The notes below the pieces were generated by a model that was not told the origin of the DNA, made no database searches, and saw only the letters and a program-made list of their open reading frames with translations. From contig JAEEML010000124.1 of the NCBI GenBank assembly GCA_016283195.1, forward strand, positions 1 through 38,222: DNA of 38,222 nucleotides, given 5' to 3'. A program made the translations under genes and the position numbers. Shown here piece after piece: positions 18,831-27,610 of this stretch. The DNA comes from Deltaproteobacteria bacterium (GTDB lineage: Bacteria; JAEEML01). Position 1 is the first letter of the stretch, and each line of letters begins with the position of its first letter.

Positions 18831-21679
18831 TCCTCTTCCTCATCGGCTATTTCACCGAATTCCTGGCGCAAAAGCTCAAGCCGCACATTGCGTTCTTCCA
18901 CTAAATCGGTGATTTTCTTCGTGCGCGATTCTTTGCGATTCCAAGCTAAATCAAGAATACCGACATCAGCTCGTAACATAACTGAATTAAAGCGTTTTTC
19001 CACATTTTCAAAAGTAGCTGTACTCACATCGACCAAGAGATCGCTGTTATCATTCTCCAGCTTTTCGAGGCTAGCTTTATAGCCTTCAAAAATCTGCTTT
19101 TGAGCCATAATTTCTGAGCGCATATCTTTGGTTTGCGCTTCAACCAAAATCTGCACTCTGCCCATATAAATATCAAGGCGCAAAAGGGCTACATCGATTT
19201 TCCGCTTAGCCAAAAGCAGGCGATTTTGCAAAAGCGCGCCTTCTTCCTTATTGCTTAAGGCTATTTTGGCTCTACCCATTTTATTAAGCTGCTTTTCGAG
19301 CATTCTATCAGTAACAGCTTTGCCGGAAATACGCTCTAAAGTTTCCCGCTGCACCTTTAAATCTTTCTTTAATTCGGCTTCAAGCACAGCAAATTTAGCT
19401 ATACTGGTTTCCAGGTGATTAACTTTTTTCAAATAATCGCGGTAAGCTTTGGGCAATTCGCCCTCAGGCAGTTTTTTGGGATTAGCCCACTTGGTTTCAA
19501 TGGAAATCTGTGATTTTAAAGTTGAAATATCGCCGGTTAAATCATTCAGCCGCTTTTGGGCATAGGCCACCATAAAGAAGAGGCGGTCATAAGCTGCATT
19601 CCACTCTTTTGAGCCTTTCTCAAGAGTTGCCATATAGCGCACAATGGCCTCATAGGGCGAAGCTTCACCGGCAGTTTGCTCGGCCATGGCCTTTTTGAGC
19701 AGCTCACCCTCTTTATTCACTGCCTTTAAATAGCGCTCGCGGATAACCTGATCCCGCTGCTCTTCTTCGTTTAAAATCTTTATAATCATGCGATCGCGTT
19801 TAAGTTTACTATTAAGCGATTTTTGCATGGCATCTAGTTCTTGGATTACCTGGCGCTCGCTAAGCATCTTCTCTTTTACTTCTTTAATCTCGGCTTCGGA
19901 AAGTTTAAGCTGCTCACGATTGCTGTTAAACCACTTTTCCATGGCATCAAGTTGTTGATTTAATGAGGTAACTTCCACTCCCAGACGAAAGGCCGCCTGC
20001 TCGGTCTGCTCTATTGATTCGGTAATCAGCTTTTTGCGCTTATCATAGGAATCGGCATCTTGCGGAATCTTTTTAAAAAGCACCTCAAGTTCCTCACGCT
20101 CTTTGCGTGCTTTTATCAGTGCCTCCTGCGTAGCACTCGGAGCATCATCAAAAACCATCTCGCGTTGCATATCAGTAAGTTGCTCGGCCAGGCGAATAAA
20201 AGTAGCGCGCATGGCAGTTTGTTCTTTTTGAATTTCCGCGAGTTCCGGCAAAAATTGCAAGCGGTTATTGGTATCCAGAGAGTTCAGCATGGTATCCATT
20301 AATTGAATACCTTCATCAATCCATTGGCGGCTGCGATCAACCTCATGTAAAGTGCTGAGAGCGGCAACAACGTTTTTGTCTTCCCCGGCCCATACAGCTA
20401 CTTCGGTGGGCATAATGTTTTCCCAGCCTAGTTCGCCTTTCTTCCTGGTAGCCAAAATTTGTTTAAAATATGCCTTTGGTGAGGAATAGCCTTTGGTAAT
20501 AGCCGTAATACTATCAACTATTTTACCATAGCGGTTAATTATAGAATCAAATTGTTCTTCCGCCCCGTTTTCATCATTCATGCGCAACATGAGGTTGCCT
20601 TCCAAGAGGCGAGCTTCGGCGGCCAAAACAGTATTGTCCTCCGCGCCCAAAAGCAAGTCGAGCATAGATATAGCCAGGCGGTAATTATTCTCTTTTTCTT
20701 TTTCGGTGAGGTCGGGATTCTGCGCCCGGCGCACATAAGTCCAAGTAACATCATAGAGCATCTGCTCAAATTGCTTGGAGTGATGCGAGATATTTTGATA
20801 AGCATCGAGAGCAGCGGTAAAATCTTCCATTTCATAATAAACACGGCCAATTGCCATGTGACTCAAATCTATTATATCTTGCAAATTTTCCTTTTCGTCT
20901 GCGGTTAATTTGGGATTATGCTGCCATTCCACAGCCCGCACTACCACCCCGCGGAAACGTTCTATCGATTCCTCATATTTTTTAACCATTACCAGAGCTA
21001 CGGCCACAAAATAATCGGCCTTCACTCCTTCCAGCGAGGAAAGGTCCATATTGCCTAAAATATCAATTACTTTCTGCGGCTCACCCTGGCGAATCAGTGA
21101 TTTAGCATAAACATAACCGACTTCCAGAGGAACAGAGCCTCCGGTTAAAGAGGACATTATTTCAATATAGCGATCCACATTATCTAAATCATTTTGTAAA
21201 TCACCTATTTGGATAAGGCGCATCAAAGCATCGCCAATGTATTTGCGATCTTTTAATTCCACTAATTCGCCAAAATAGCGCTTGGCCAAAGAATAATTCT
21301 TAATTTGGAAATTAGACTCGCCAAGATAATAATAGACTTTGGATAAGCTCTTGGTATCATTAGCTTTTACATCATCAAGCAAATCACTTAAGAGGAGCGA
21401 GGCCTCGTTATAGCTATTGAGCAAAAACATTATCTCCGCATTGGTCACCCGGTCTTTCAAGGGAGCGCGCGTAGATAAGGCCTCCGGTTTGCGGCTTTTT
21501 TCATAAGCGGTGCTCAAACCGGTCCAGGCAACATCGAGCTCTTGCTCACGCAGCCAAAGCTGTTGCTCATGGTCAGGCGGCAACTCTTCCGGCCGCGCAG
21601 CCCAAAGCGGGCTCAGCTCGGTGCACAAAAAGCAAATTATTATAAGCGGCTTAAGCCATTTATAAAAATTTAAATTCAC
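18827..21679 (-). CDS. Exported TPR plus long coiled-coil protein
   Basis: Signal peptide; N-terminal TPRs (YYYLGESNF, HMAIGRVYYE); heptad-rich C-terminal half ending ADVGILDLAW; 4-nt overlap with next gene. Confidence 0.75.
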   Translation of the reverse strand: MNLNFYKWLKPLIIICFLCTELSPLWAARPEELPPDHEQQLWLREQELDVAWTGLSTAYEKSRKPEALSTRAPLKDRVTNAEIMFLLNSYNEASLLLSDLLDDVKANDTKSLSKVYYYLGESNFQIKNYSLAKRYFGELVELKDRKYIGDALMRLIQIGDLQNDLDNVDRYIEIMSSLTGGSVPLEVGYVYAKSLIRQGEPQKVIDILGNMDLSSLEGVKADYFVAVALVMVKKYEESIERFRGVVVRAVEWQHNPKLTADEKENLQDIIDLSHMAIGRVYYEMEDFTAALDAYQNISHHSKQFEQMLYDVTWTYVRRAQNPDLTEKEKENNYRLAISMLDLLLGAEDNTVLAAEARLLEGNLMLRMNDENGAEEQFDSIINRYGKIVDSITAITKGYSSPKAYFKQILATRKKGELGWENIMPTEVAVWAGEDKNVVAALSTLHEVDRSRQWIDEGIQLMDTMLNSLDTNNRLQFLPELAEIQKEQTAMRATFIRLAEQLTDMQREMVFDDAPSATQEALIKARKEREELEVLFKKIPQDADSYDKRKKLITESIEQTEQAAFRLGVEVTSLNQQLDAMEKWFNSNREQLKLSEAEIKEVKEKMLSERQVIQELDAMQKSLNSKLKRDRMIIKILNEEEQRDQVIRERYLKAVNKEGELLKKAMAEQTAGEASPYEAIVRYMATLEKGSKEWNAAYDRLFFMVAYAQKRLNDLTGDISTLKSQISIETKWANPKKLPEGELPKAYRDYLKKVNHLETSIAKFAVLEAELKKDLKVQRETLERISGKAVTDRMLEKQLNKMGRAKIALSNKEEGALLQNRLLLAKRKIDVALLRLDIYMGRVQILVEAQTKDMRSEIMAQKQIFEGYKASLEKLENDNSDLLVDVSTATFENVEKRFNSVMLRADVGILDLAWNRKESRTKKITDLVEERNVRLELLRQEFGEIADEEEE

Positions 21680-21694
21680 AATAAAGCCTCTGAA

Positions 21695-22528
21695 TTAACG
21701 GTTCGCCGCCTCAGCTTTGGCAGCACTGCTCATTCCCCCGGATTTGGAATCTTTATTCTCCGAGGTAAGCGCTGTACTCTGCTCAAACTCGTCGCGAAGA
21801 GCTTTTTTGCGCTCAACATCATAACGCACAGTGGGCCTGTCCTCCATGGAATATGTAGGATTTCCCTTTAAATACGGCACAATAACCACTGTTGTCAGCT
21901 TGCCTTCATCGGCACTGAAGGTGTTGCTGGATTTAATTTGAAATTCATAATCATTCAAATATTGGAACATTTTACCATCGCCCCTGAGCTCAATATAAAC
22001 AGAGAGCAGATGGCTACCGGGCGTCAAATTATCCTCAAAGACAACAAACTCTTTGTTTTTAGTTAAGTCGCCGTTATTTTGTACTTTATTGTAAATTGGC
22101 TGGCTATCAAGCGAATACTGAATACGCTCAATAATATACTGATGTCCAAGTTCGTTGCGGTGAATTATTTTGGCTCTGGCGCCGTTAATAGCGCCATTGA
22201 TTACCACTTCCTGCAATTGCACCAAGCGGGCTTTTGATTGGTGAATACGCTCTTTAAGCTGATTAACTCGCTGCTCTAAATCCTTTAATTTTATGGAATA
22301 ATCTGCCGGAAGTGCGTTTGCTTTTTGGGCCTCGCTCTCATCTGCATCAAATTCATCGTCAAAAGCTTCATCGGTTGAAGCATTTCCCAAAGCGGCTAAA
22401 GATGACGGTGCTTCACTGGCGGCATCAGGCGTAGCCGCCTCAGACACATTTTCTTCGGCTATAATCGGGCTGGTTATTCCAAAAAAGAATAGCAGCGCAG
22501 CAAGCTGCAACTGGTATTTTCTGCTCAT
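21695..22528 (-). CDS. Exported coiled-coil / beta-domain conserved hypothetical protein
   Basis: ATG 22528 with AGGAG SD (track start 22549 is TTG); signal peptide, acidic linker, coiled coil LKDLEQRVNQLKERIHQSKARL, beta-rich C-terminal domain. Confidence 0.7.
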   Translation of the reverse strand: MSRKYQLQLAALLFFFGITSPIIAEENVSEAATPDAASEAPSSLAALGNASTDEAFDDEFDADESEAQKANALPADYSIKLKDLEQRVNQLKERIHQSKARLVQLQEVVINGAINGARAKIIHRNELGHQYIIERIQYSLDSQPIYNKVQNNGDLTKNKEFVVFEDNLTPGSHLLSVYIELRGDGKMFQYLNDYEFQIKSSNTFSADEGKLTTVVIVPYLKGNPTYSMEDRPTVRYDVERKKALRDEFEQSTALTSENKDSKSGGMSSAAKAEAANR

Positions 22529-22557
22529 CGGCACACTCCTAGCAATCAAAACCGCTT

Positions 22558-22926
22558 CTATTCCAAATAAATAGAAACCGGCACTGCCAAGTATTTATCA
22601 ATAAAAAGTAATTTAGCTTCGATGGTGTATTCTATCTCCAGATACTCTTCGGATTTTGTCACTTTAAAAGTCACATTTTTGGGGTCAAGCTCCACACCTG
22701 TCTCTTTTTCTACTTCCTCAATCAGCTTGTTCACGAGAACAACGCGGCGGTCATTATTAAAATTGGGCATAAGGCGCTGGCCAAAGGTAGTTATAGCCAT
22801 TTGCCTAATGTTTAAATAGTCAATAAAATGAGGTATTAAAGCAGCACCAAAATAGGCGGCGACCAAAAGAAGAAGTATTATCACCCGCCCGAAAAAGCGG
22901 CTCACACTGTCATTTCTTACTACCAT
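22558..22926 (-). CDS. DUF4845-like small membrane-anchored protein
   Basis: Single N-terminal TM followed by IPHFIDYLNIRQM, a helix and beta strands; ATG 22926 preferred over TTG 22947. Confidence 0.5.
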   Translation of the reverse strand: MVVRNDSVSRFFGRVIILLLLVAAYFGAALIPHFIDYLNIRQMAITTFGQRLMPNFNNDRRVVLVNKLIEEVEKETGVELDPKNVTFKVTKSEEYLEIEYTIEAKLLFIDKYLAVPVSIYLE

Positions 22927-23039
22927 AGCTTCAATCCCGCATCGCAAATGAGCGTTTACAACACTAAACGCGTTTATAGATTACTCCAAACAAGCAGAAC
23001 TTGTCATTAAGTAATCAGCAAATTGTCAGGGAAATGATA

Positions 23040-26000
23040 TCAAATAGTGGGGAAAGGCAAATAATTTGCCGAAGCCAGGAGATTCTTGCCCAGAATATAG
23101 AGGTCGGCGGCTTTTAAGAGCATGGAATCGCAGCAACAAGTAGGCTCCTTAAGTTCAAAGTTGGAAACAACCAGTTCGGAACCAACTTTTTTCATCTCAG
23201 CAACCATAGCGGAGCAGCTATATTTTAGCTTGTCGCCATTTACTTCCAGGCGATCGGTGCCCTTTTTGTTTTTAGCCTCCACCACAAAGCCACCATCTTT
23301 TTTGCGACTTAATCTATAGCCTCGCTCTTCGGCTGCAAAAGCTTCATCGGAGAAGCAAAGGCGCGGTTTATCTTGATAAGGCGCGCCGGCGGTTGGGCAA
23401 AAACTCTTGCAATTACCGCACTCGTTGCAACAATCGGCCAAATTCAGAGTTTGAAAATGCTGGGTCACAGCAACTTGGCTCTTAGTTTCGGAAACAACTT
23501 TACCGCCCTCGATTTTGAGCTTCGGCACAGTAATGGTTTCCGGTTCCACAAAGTAGGTAATATTGGCTCTATTGGGGCAAACGGTATCGCAAAGAGAGCA
23601 AATCTCATCGCAGTCTAGGCAGCGGGAAGCCTCGGCCCGCGCCGCCGCCTCATCAAGAGAGGTAATAACCCGCTCAAAGGAGTGGCGTTTTTCAATAGGC
23701 AAAACCGGCACTTTATCGCCATAATTGCGATAGCTCTTGCGTGCCATAGCAGCAGCAAAATCGATCTTTTTGGCAAATTCGCGGCTGAGCGGGAATTCCG
23801 CTCCGGCAGCCCCGGCAATCACCATAGCGGCGGCGCGGGCATCGGCCACGGCACGAATAGCGGTAGCAGCGCCGCGTACGGCATCACCGCCGGCATAGAC
23901 GCCACTCATAGCTGTCTCGCCGTTTTCATTAACCTCAATGGTGCCCTTCTTGCCAAGAGCCACTTGGCTGCCTTTAAGCACGCCATCGTCCAAATCCTGG
24001 CTCACGGCCACTATCAATGTATCCAGAGGAATACGCTCTTCGGAACCTGGTATTTCTACAGGTCTCGCGCGGCCGGAAGCATCTTTAGCACCAAGTTCCA
24101 TGCGGCTTACGACCAGAGCTTTTAAATGGCCGTTTTCATCCACTTCAATGGCTTTTTGCAAACGCAGCTCACAAATATGAATGCCTTCTTCGATAACGGC
24201 TTCGATTTCCTCAGGATCGGCCGGCATCTGCTCTTTGGTGCGGCGATAAATAAGGGAGACATTAGCTCCCTCTTTAGCCACGCGCCAGGCCGTGCGCACG
24301 GCATCCATAGCCGAATTACCGCCACCGATAACTGCCACATTTTGCCCCAGGTCACCAAGTTTGCCCGCTTTGGCCAGTTTTAAGAAATCCAGGCAACCAT
24401 AGATACCTTTGGCATCTTCATTGGCAAGGCCCAGGCGGCGGGAATGCTGAGCACCAACGCTTATGTATATGTAATCATATTCATTTTTCAATTGGCTCAA
24501 GGTCTTATCCTGACCAACATTCACGCCATAGATAAATTTTACGCCCAACTTGGTGAGCATATCCACATCCTGGCTAATGGCACTATCCGGCAGCCTGTAG
24601 CTGGGAATAGTCTTGGCCGGAATACCGCCGGCGATTTCGCCCTGATCAATAACCGAGACACTAAAACCGGCCAGAGTGAGATAATAAGCAGCTGCCATGC
24701 CGCCAGGGCCGGCACCGATAACGGCCACACTCTTGCCGTTAGCAGCTTTTTTCTCGCCAATTTTGCGTTCGGCATGCTCGGTAACAAAGCGCTTAATCTC
24801 GCGAATAGCCAGCGGGCGATCCATTTTGTTGCGCGTACATTTGGCGGTACATGGATGGTCGCAAATAGAGCCGATAATGGAAGGCAGTGCGTTTTCGCCC
24901 AAAATAACAGCCATAGCGTCATCATAGCGGCCGGCAGCTGTTAAGTAGAGGTAATCAGGCACATTTTGGTGTGCCGGGCAAGTATCCTGACAAGGCGCTT
25001 TTATGCAATCAAAGCGGCCGAGCGGGCGATTTGTCTTGGTATTTGGCGGCACTACGGGCTTTTTATAGCGCTCATCATGACGCACTGCTTCGGCATAAGC
25101 AGCCAGTTTTTCCATAGAAGGCTCAATTTTGCCCGCTTCGCCAAGAGCTTCCAGATATTGACCAAGGCGGCCATAGCCACCCGGGCGCAAGAGATCGGAA
25201 CTCATGGTAACCGGTGAGAAGCCGCTTTCAATTAAATGAACAATATTAAAGGCATCGGCACCGCCGGCAAAAGATATGGGCAGTTTAAAGCCCAGCTGCT
25301 TGCGGATTTCATAGCCGAGATTCACAGAAAGCGGATGGAGCGCCCGGCCGGACATATAGTGCATAGCTTCATTTTCCGGCAAAACTTTGCGCTGATTGAC
25401 TGTCTCCAAAGTGTTGGTGAGTTTAAGGCCAAAGAAAACGCCCTTCTTCTCGGCCGCCGCCATCAGACGGCTAATCATCGGCACTGCCGCTTCCATTGTT
25501 GGGTCATGGCCAAAAGCGCTGTCCGGCACATGAATATCGGCCCCATAGCCCAAATCTTTGTTGAGAATCTGGCGCAATAGAGTCGGCCCCAAAAGGGTCG
25601 GATTAAGTTTAATAGTGGTATTAAGGCCTAAATCTTCAATGAGATAAAGAGCAATGCGCTCAATTTCATCCGGCGGGCAGCCGTGCATGGTCGAAAGAGT
25701 GATATTATCGCTCAGCATAGCCGGAATATCGCGCTCCAGTTTTTGCCGCCACTCGGCAGAAAGTGCGGCCAAAATTTCCCGGCGCTTTTCGGTGCTATCT
25801 TTCATTTTGGCAAAAAAGTCTTTAATTTTATTGGACTTAATGCCATCCAAATTGTAGCCCACACTCATATTGAAAATAAAGCCGGGCCCGTCGTTATATT
25901 TGGGGAATTTGAGTTCTTCCCGCAGAGCCTCAATAATCAGATAGGCTTTTAAATATTCCTCAAAAGATTGTTTTAAGCGGAGTTCTTGCGACCATTCGCA

Positions 26001-26324
26001 GTTATAGCCCACATCTTCTACATCAATACAGGGCTTAGAAACATTTAATTCATCAAGAATTTGCACAGTTTTTAGTTCAATAAAACGCGCACCGCAAAGA
26101 TAAGCGGTGATAATATTTTGCGCCAGTTGCGTTTGCGGCCCGGCGGCTACACCGATAGGAGTTTCCAAATGCTTTCCGTAGAGTTTTCTGGCATAGGGTT
26201 CATCACCTTTGGGCCTAAAAAAGATATCTTCGGGCACTCCAAAAATGGTATGCCGCGATTTTAACTCGCCAAATACCCATGATGTCAATTGCTCCAAGGA
26301 ATAAGGGAACATCTCACCGGCCAT
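23040..26324 (-). CDS. ygfK: YgfK-family Fe-S flavo-oxidoreductase ('putative selenate reductase subunit')
   Basis: N-terminal TPIGVAAGPQTQLAQNI, ELKTVQILD, YNCEWSQEL, TLSTMHGCPPDEIE; GltD-like APCQDTCP and ICDHPC; GAGPGG and GGGNSAMD; C-terminal RCLDCDEICSLCDTVCPNRAN and CNECGNCKSFCP. Confidence 0.92.
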   Translation of the reverse strand: MAGEMFPYSLEQLTSWVFGELKSRHTIFGVPEDIFFRPKGDEPYARKLYGKHLETPIGVAAGPQTQLAQNIITAYLCGARFIELKTVQILDELNVSKPCIDVEDVGYNCEWSQELRLKQSFEEYLKAYLIIEALREELKFPKYNDGPGFIFNMSVGYNLDGIKSNKIKDFFAKMKDSTEKRREILAALSAEWRQKLERDIPAMLSDNITLSTMHGCPPDEIERIALYLIEDLGLNTTIKLNPTLLGPTLLRQILNKDLGYGADIHVPDSAFGHDPTMEAAVPMISRLMAAAEKKGVFFGLKLTNTLETVNQRKVLPENEAMHYMSGRALHPLSVNLGYEIRKQLGFKLPISFAGGADAFNIVHLIESGFSPVTMSSDLLRPGGYGRLGQYLEALGEAGKIEPSMEKLAAYAEAVRHDERYKKPVVPPNTKTNRPLGRFDCIKAPCQDTCPAHQNVPDYLYLTAAGRYDDAMAVILGENALPSIIGSICDHPCTAKCTRNKMDRPLAIREIKRFVTEHAERKIGEKKAANGKSVAVIGAGPGGMAAAYYLTLAGFSVSVIDQGEIAGGIPAKTIPSYRLPDSAISQDVDMLTKLGVKFIYGVNVGQDKTLSQLKNEYDYIYISVGAQHSRRLGLANEDAKGIYGCLDFLKLAKAGKLGDLGQNVAVIGGGNSAMDAVRTAWRVAKEGANVSLIYRRTKEQMPADPEEIEAVIEEGIHICELRLQKAIEVDENGHLKALVVSRMELGAKDASGRARPVEIPGSEERIPLDTLIVAVSQDLDDGVLKGSQVALGKKGTIEVNENGETAMSGVYAGGDAVRGAATAIRAVADARAAAMVIAGAAGAEFPLSREFAKKIDFAAAMARKSYRNYGDKVPVLPIEKRHSFERVITSLDEAAARAEASRCLDCDEICSLCDTVCPNRANITYFVEPETITVPKLKIEGGKVVSETKSQVAVTQHFQTLNLADCCNECGNCKSFCPTAGAPYQDKPRLCFSDEAFAAEERGYRLSRKKDGGFVVEAKNKKGTDRLEVNGDKLKYSCSAMVAEMKKVGSELVVSNFELKEPTCCCDSMLLKAADLYILGKNLLASANYLPFPTI

Positions 26325-26361
26325 AGTATCCTCCTTTAATGGCTGTGCTGTTTATAACGTC

Positions 26362-26379
26362 TTAGCAGTTTAATGCTAA
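26362..26379. promoter_or_regulatory. Inverted repeat TTAGCA-N6-TGCTAA upstream of ygfK (candidate operator)
   Basis: Perfect 6-bp arms in the 72-bp intergenic gap, about 38 bp before the ygfK start. Confidence 0.35.
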
Positions 26380-26396
26380 AACTGTTAGATTTTGTT

Positions 26397-27566
26397 TTAA
26401 TTTATTTTTAGTACTTTGCGCAAGTAGGTGAGATCATCTTTTAAGAGAAGATCGTAATTCTTAGGATCGATATTGGTAGCATAGGTAAAAGCATTGTATG
26501 CTTCCTGGAATTTACCGCGGCGTTTGAAAATATAGCCTGGCAAATAGTAATGCCAAGCCACATTCGGCGCTTTTTCCACAGCCACTTTGCAAGCATCGGT
26601 AGCAAGACGCATTTTACCGCGCTTATATTCAAGGTCGCAAAGGAGTCCATAAGCAATACCCCAATCCGGAGCTGTGGGAAATACAGATTTAATCCACTCG
26701 CCGGCCTCTTCGTTCATGCCCATAGCCTGATAAATGCGGGCCATAGAATAACGAGCCAGTGGGTTGGGCGGATCAATTTTCAAGGCTTCCCGCAAATGCT
26801 TCATCGAAGGTTCGGCATCAGACAAAGTAACCGCTTCCCCGCGCGAGAGCTTCTCATCAAACGGTACTCTGGCACTTTGAGCTTGCTCATAAGCGGCCAT
26901 AAAGCGCGGCTCTACGAGCCAAGCTTTTTGGTCAAAATGGCGGTTGCTACACACCGGCAGGATACTCACTACCGATTCGGCCACTGCCTTCTTTTCGTTG
27001 TCACTGGATTTATTCAAAAAATCGACAACATCATAATAATAGAAACACATCCGTACATTTCTGTCGGCCATGGGTGCCAAATAATTAAGCACCATCTGCG
27101 CCTGAGCAGCTGGTAATTCCGGTTCCTTGGCAATCTCGTAAATGAAAATGCTGTAATTCACACCCAAATCAGCTGTTACCTGCACAGCAAGTTCCGAGCG
27201 TAAAGATACCGGCTCAACGGCTTTTAGCGCATTTATAATATCCTCGGCATTATCTGCTCCATAAGCTGAAAGGAGTTTTACAGCCAATACTTGTTGTTCT
27301 TTTCTGGCTTGCTCTGAGCGATCCTCCTTACCGAGGGCATCGCCTTTAATAAGTTGCACCAGATAGGCTTTAGCAGAATTCTCATGGAATTTTCCAAGTT
27401 TAATAGTTGCTGCTCGCCTAATGGCCGCATCATTTCTGTCATCAACCATTATCTTTTGCAAGGCAGAGATGTTCTTCTCAGCAGCATAGCGGTCAACCGT
27501 AGCCACGCTCACACAGCCAGCTAAAGCCATAGCAAACAAAAGAGCTAAACAGGTAATTTTTTTCAT
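26397..27566 (-). CDS. Lipoprotein with HEAT-like N-terminus and C-terminal TPRs
   Basis: Lipobox LAGC; IRRAATIKLGKF HEAT-like unit; TPRs ARYSMARIY, AYGLLCDLEY, HYYLPGYIF. Confidence 0.75.
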   Translation of the reverse strand: MKKITCLALLFAMALAGCVSVATVDRYAAEKNISALQKIMVDDRNDAAIRRAATIKLGKFHENSAKAYLVQLIKGDALGKEDRSEQARKEQQVLAVKLLSAYGADNAEDIINALKAVEPVSLRSELAVQVTADLGVNYSIFIYEIAKEPELPAAQAQMVLNYLAPMADRNVRMCFYYYDVVDFLNKSSDNEKKAVAESVVSILPVCSNRHFDQKAWLVEPRFMAAYEQAQSARVPFDEKLSRGEAVTLSDAEPSMKHLREALKIDPPNPLARYSMARIYQAMGMNEEAGEWIKSVFPTAPDWGIAYGLLCDLEYKRGKMRLATDACKVAVEKAPNVAWHYYLPGYIFKRRGKFQEAYNAFTYATNIDPKNYDLLLKDDLTYLRKVLKIN

Positions 27567-27610
27567 TTTCTTCCCCTTAAAATAAGAAGTGTGAGTATCA
27601 AAAATCCCCT

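Noticed and set aside
23007-23042. Selenocysteine read-through of the ygfK TGA stop
   Set aside because: The protein is already full length, read-through adds only about 10 codons, and no SECIS-like hairpin is evident
26362-26379. CIRCE (HrcA) element
   Set aside because: Only the outer 6 bp match and the spacing is wrong; CIRCE is TTAGCACTC-N9-GAGTGCTAA
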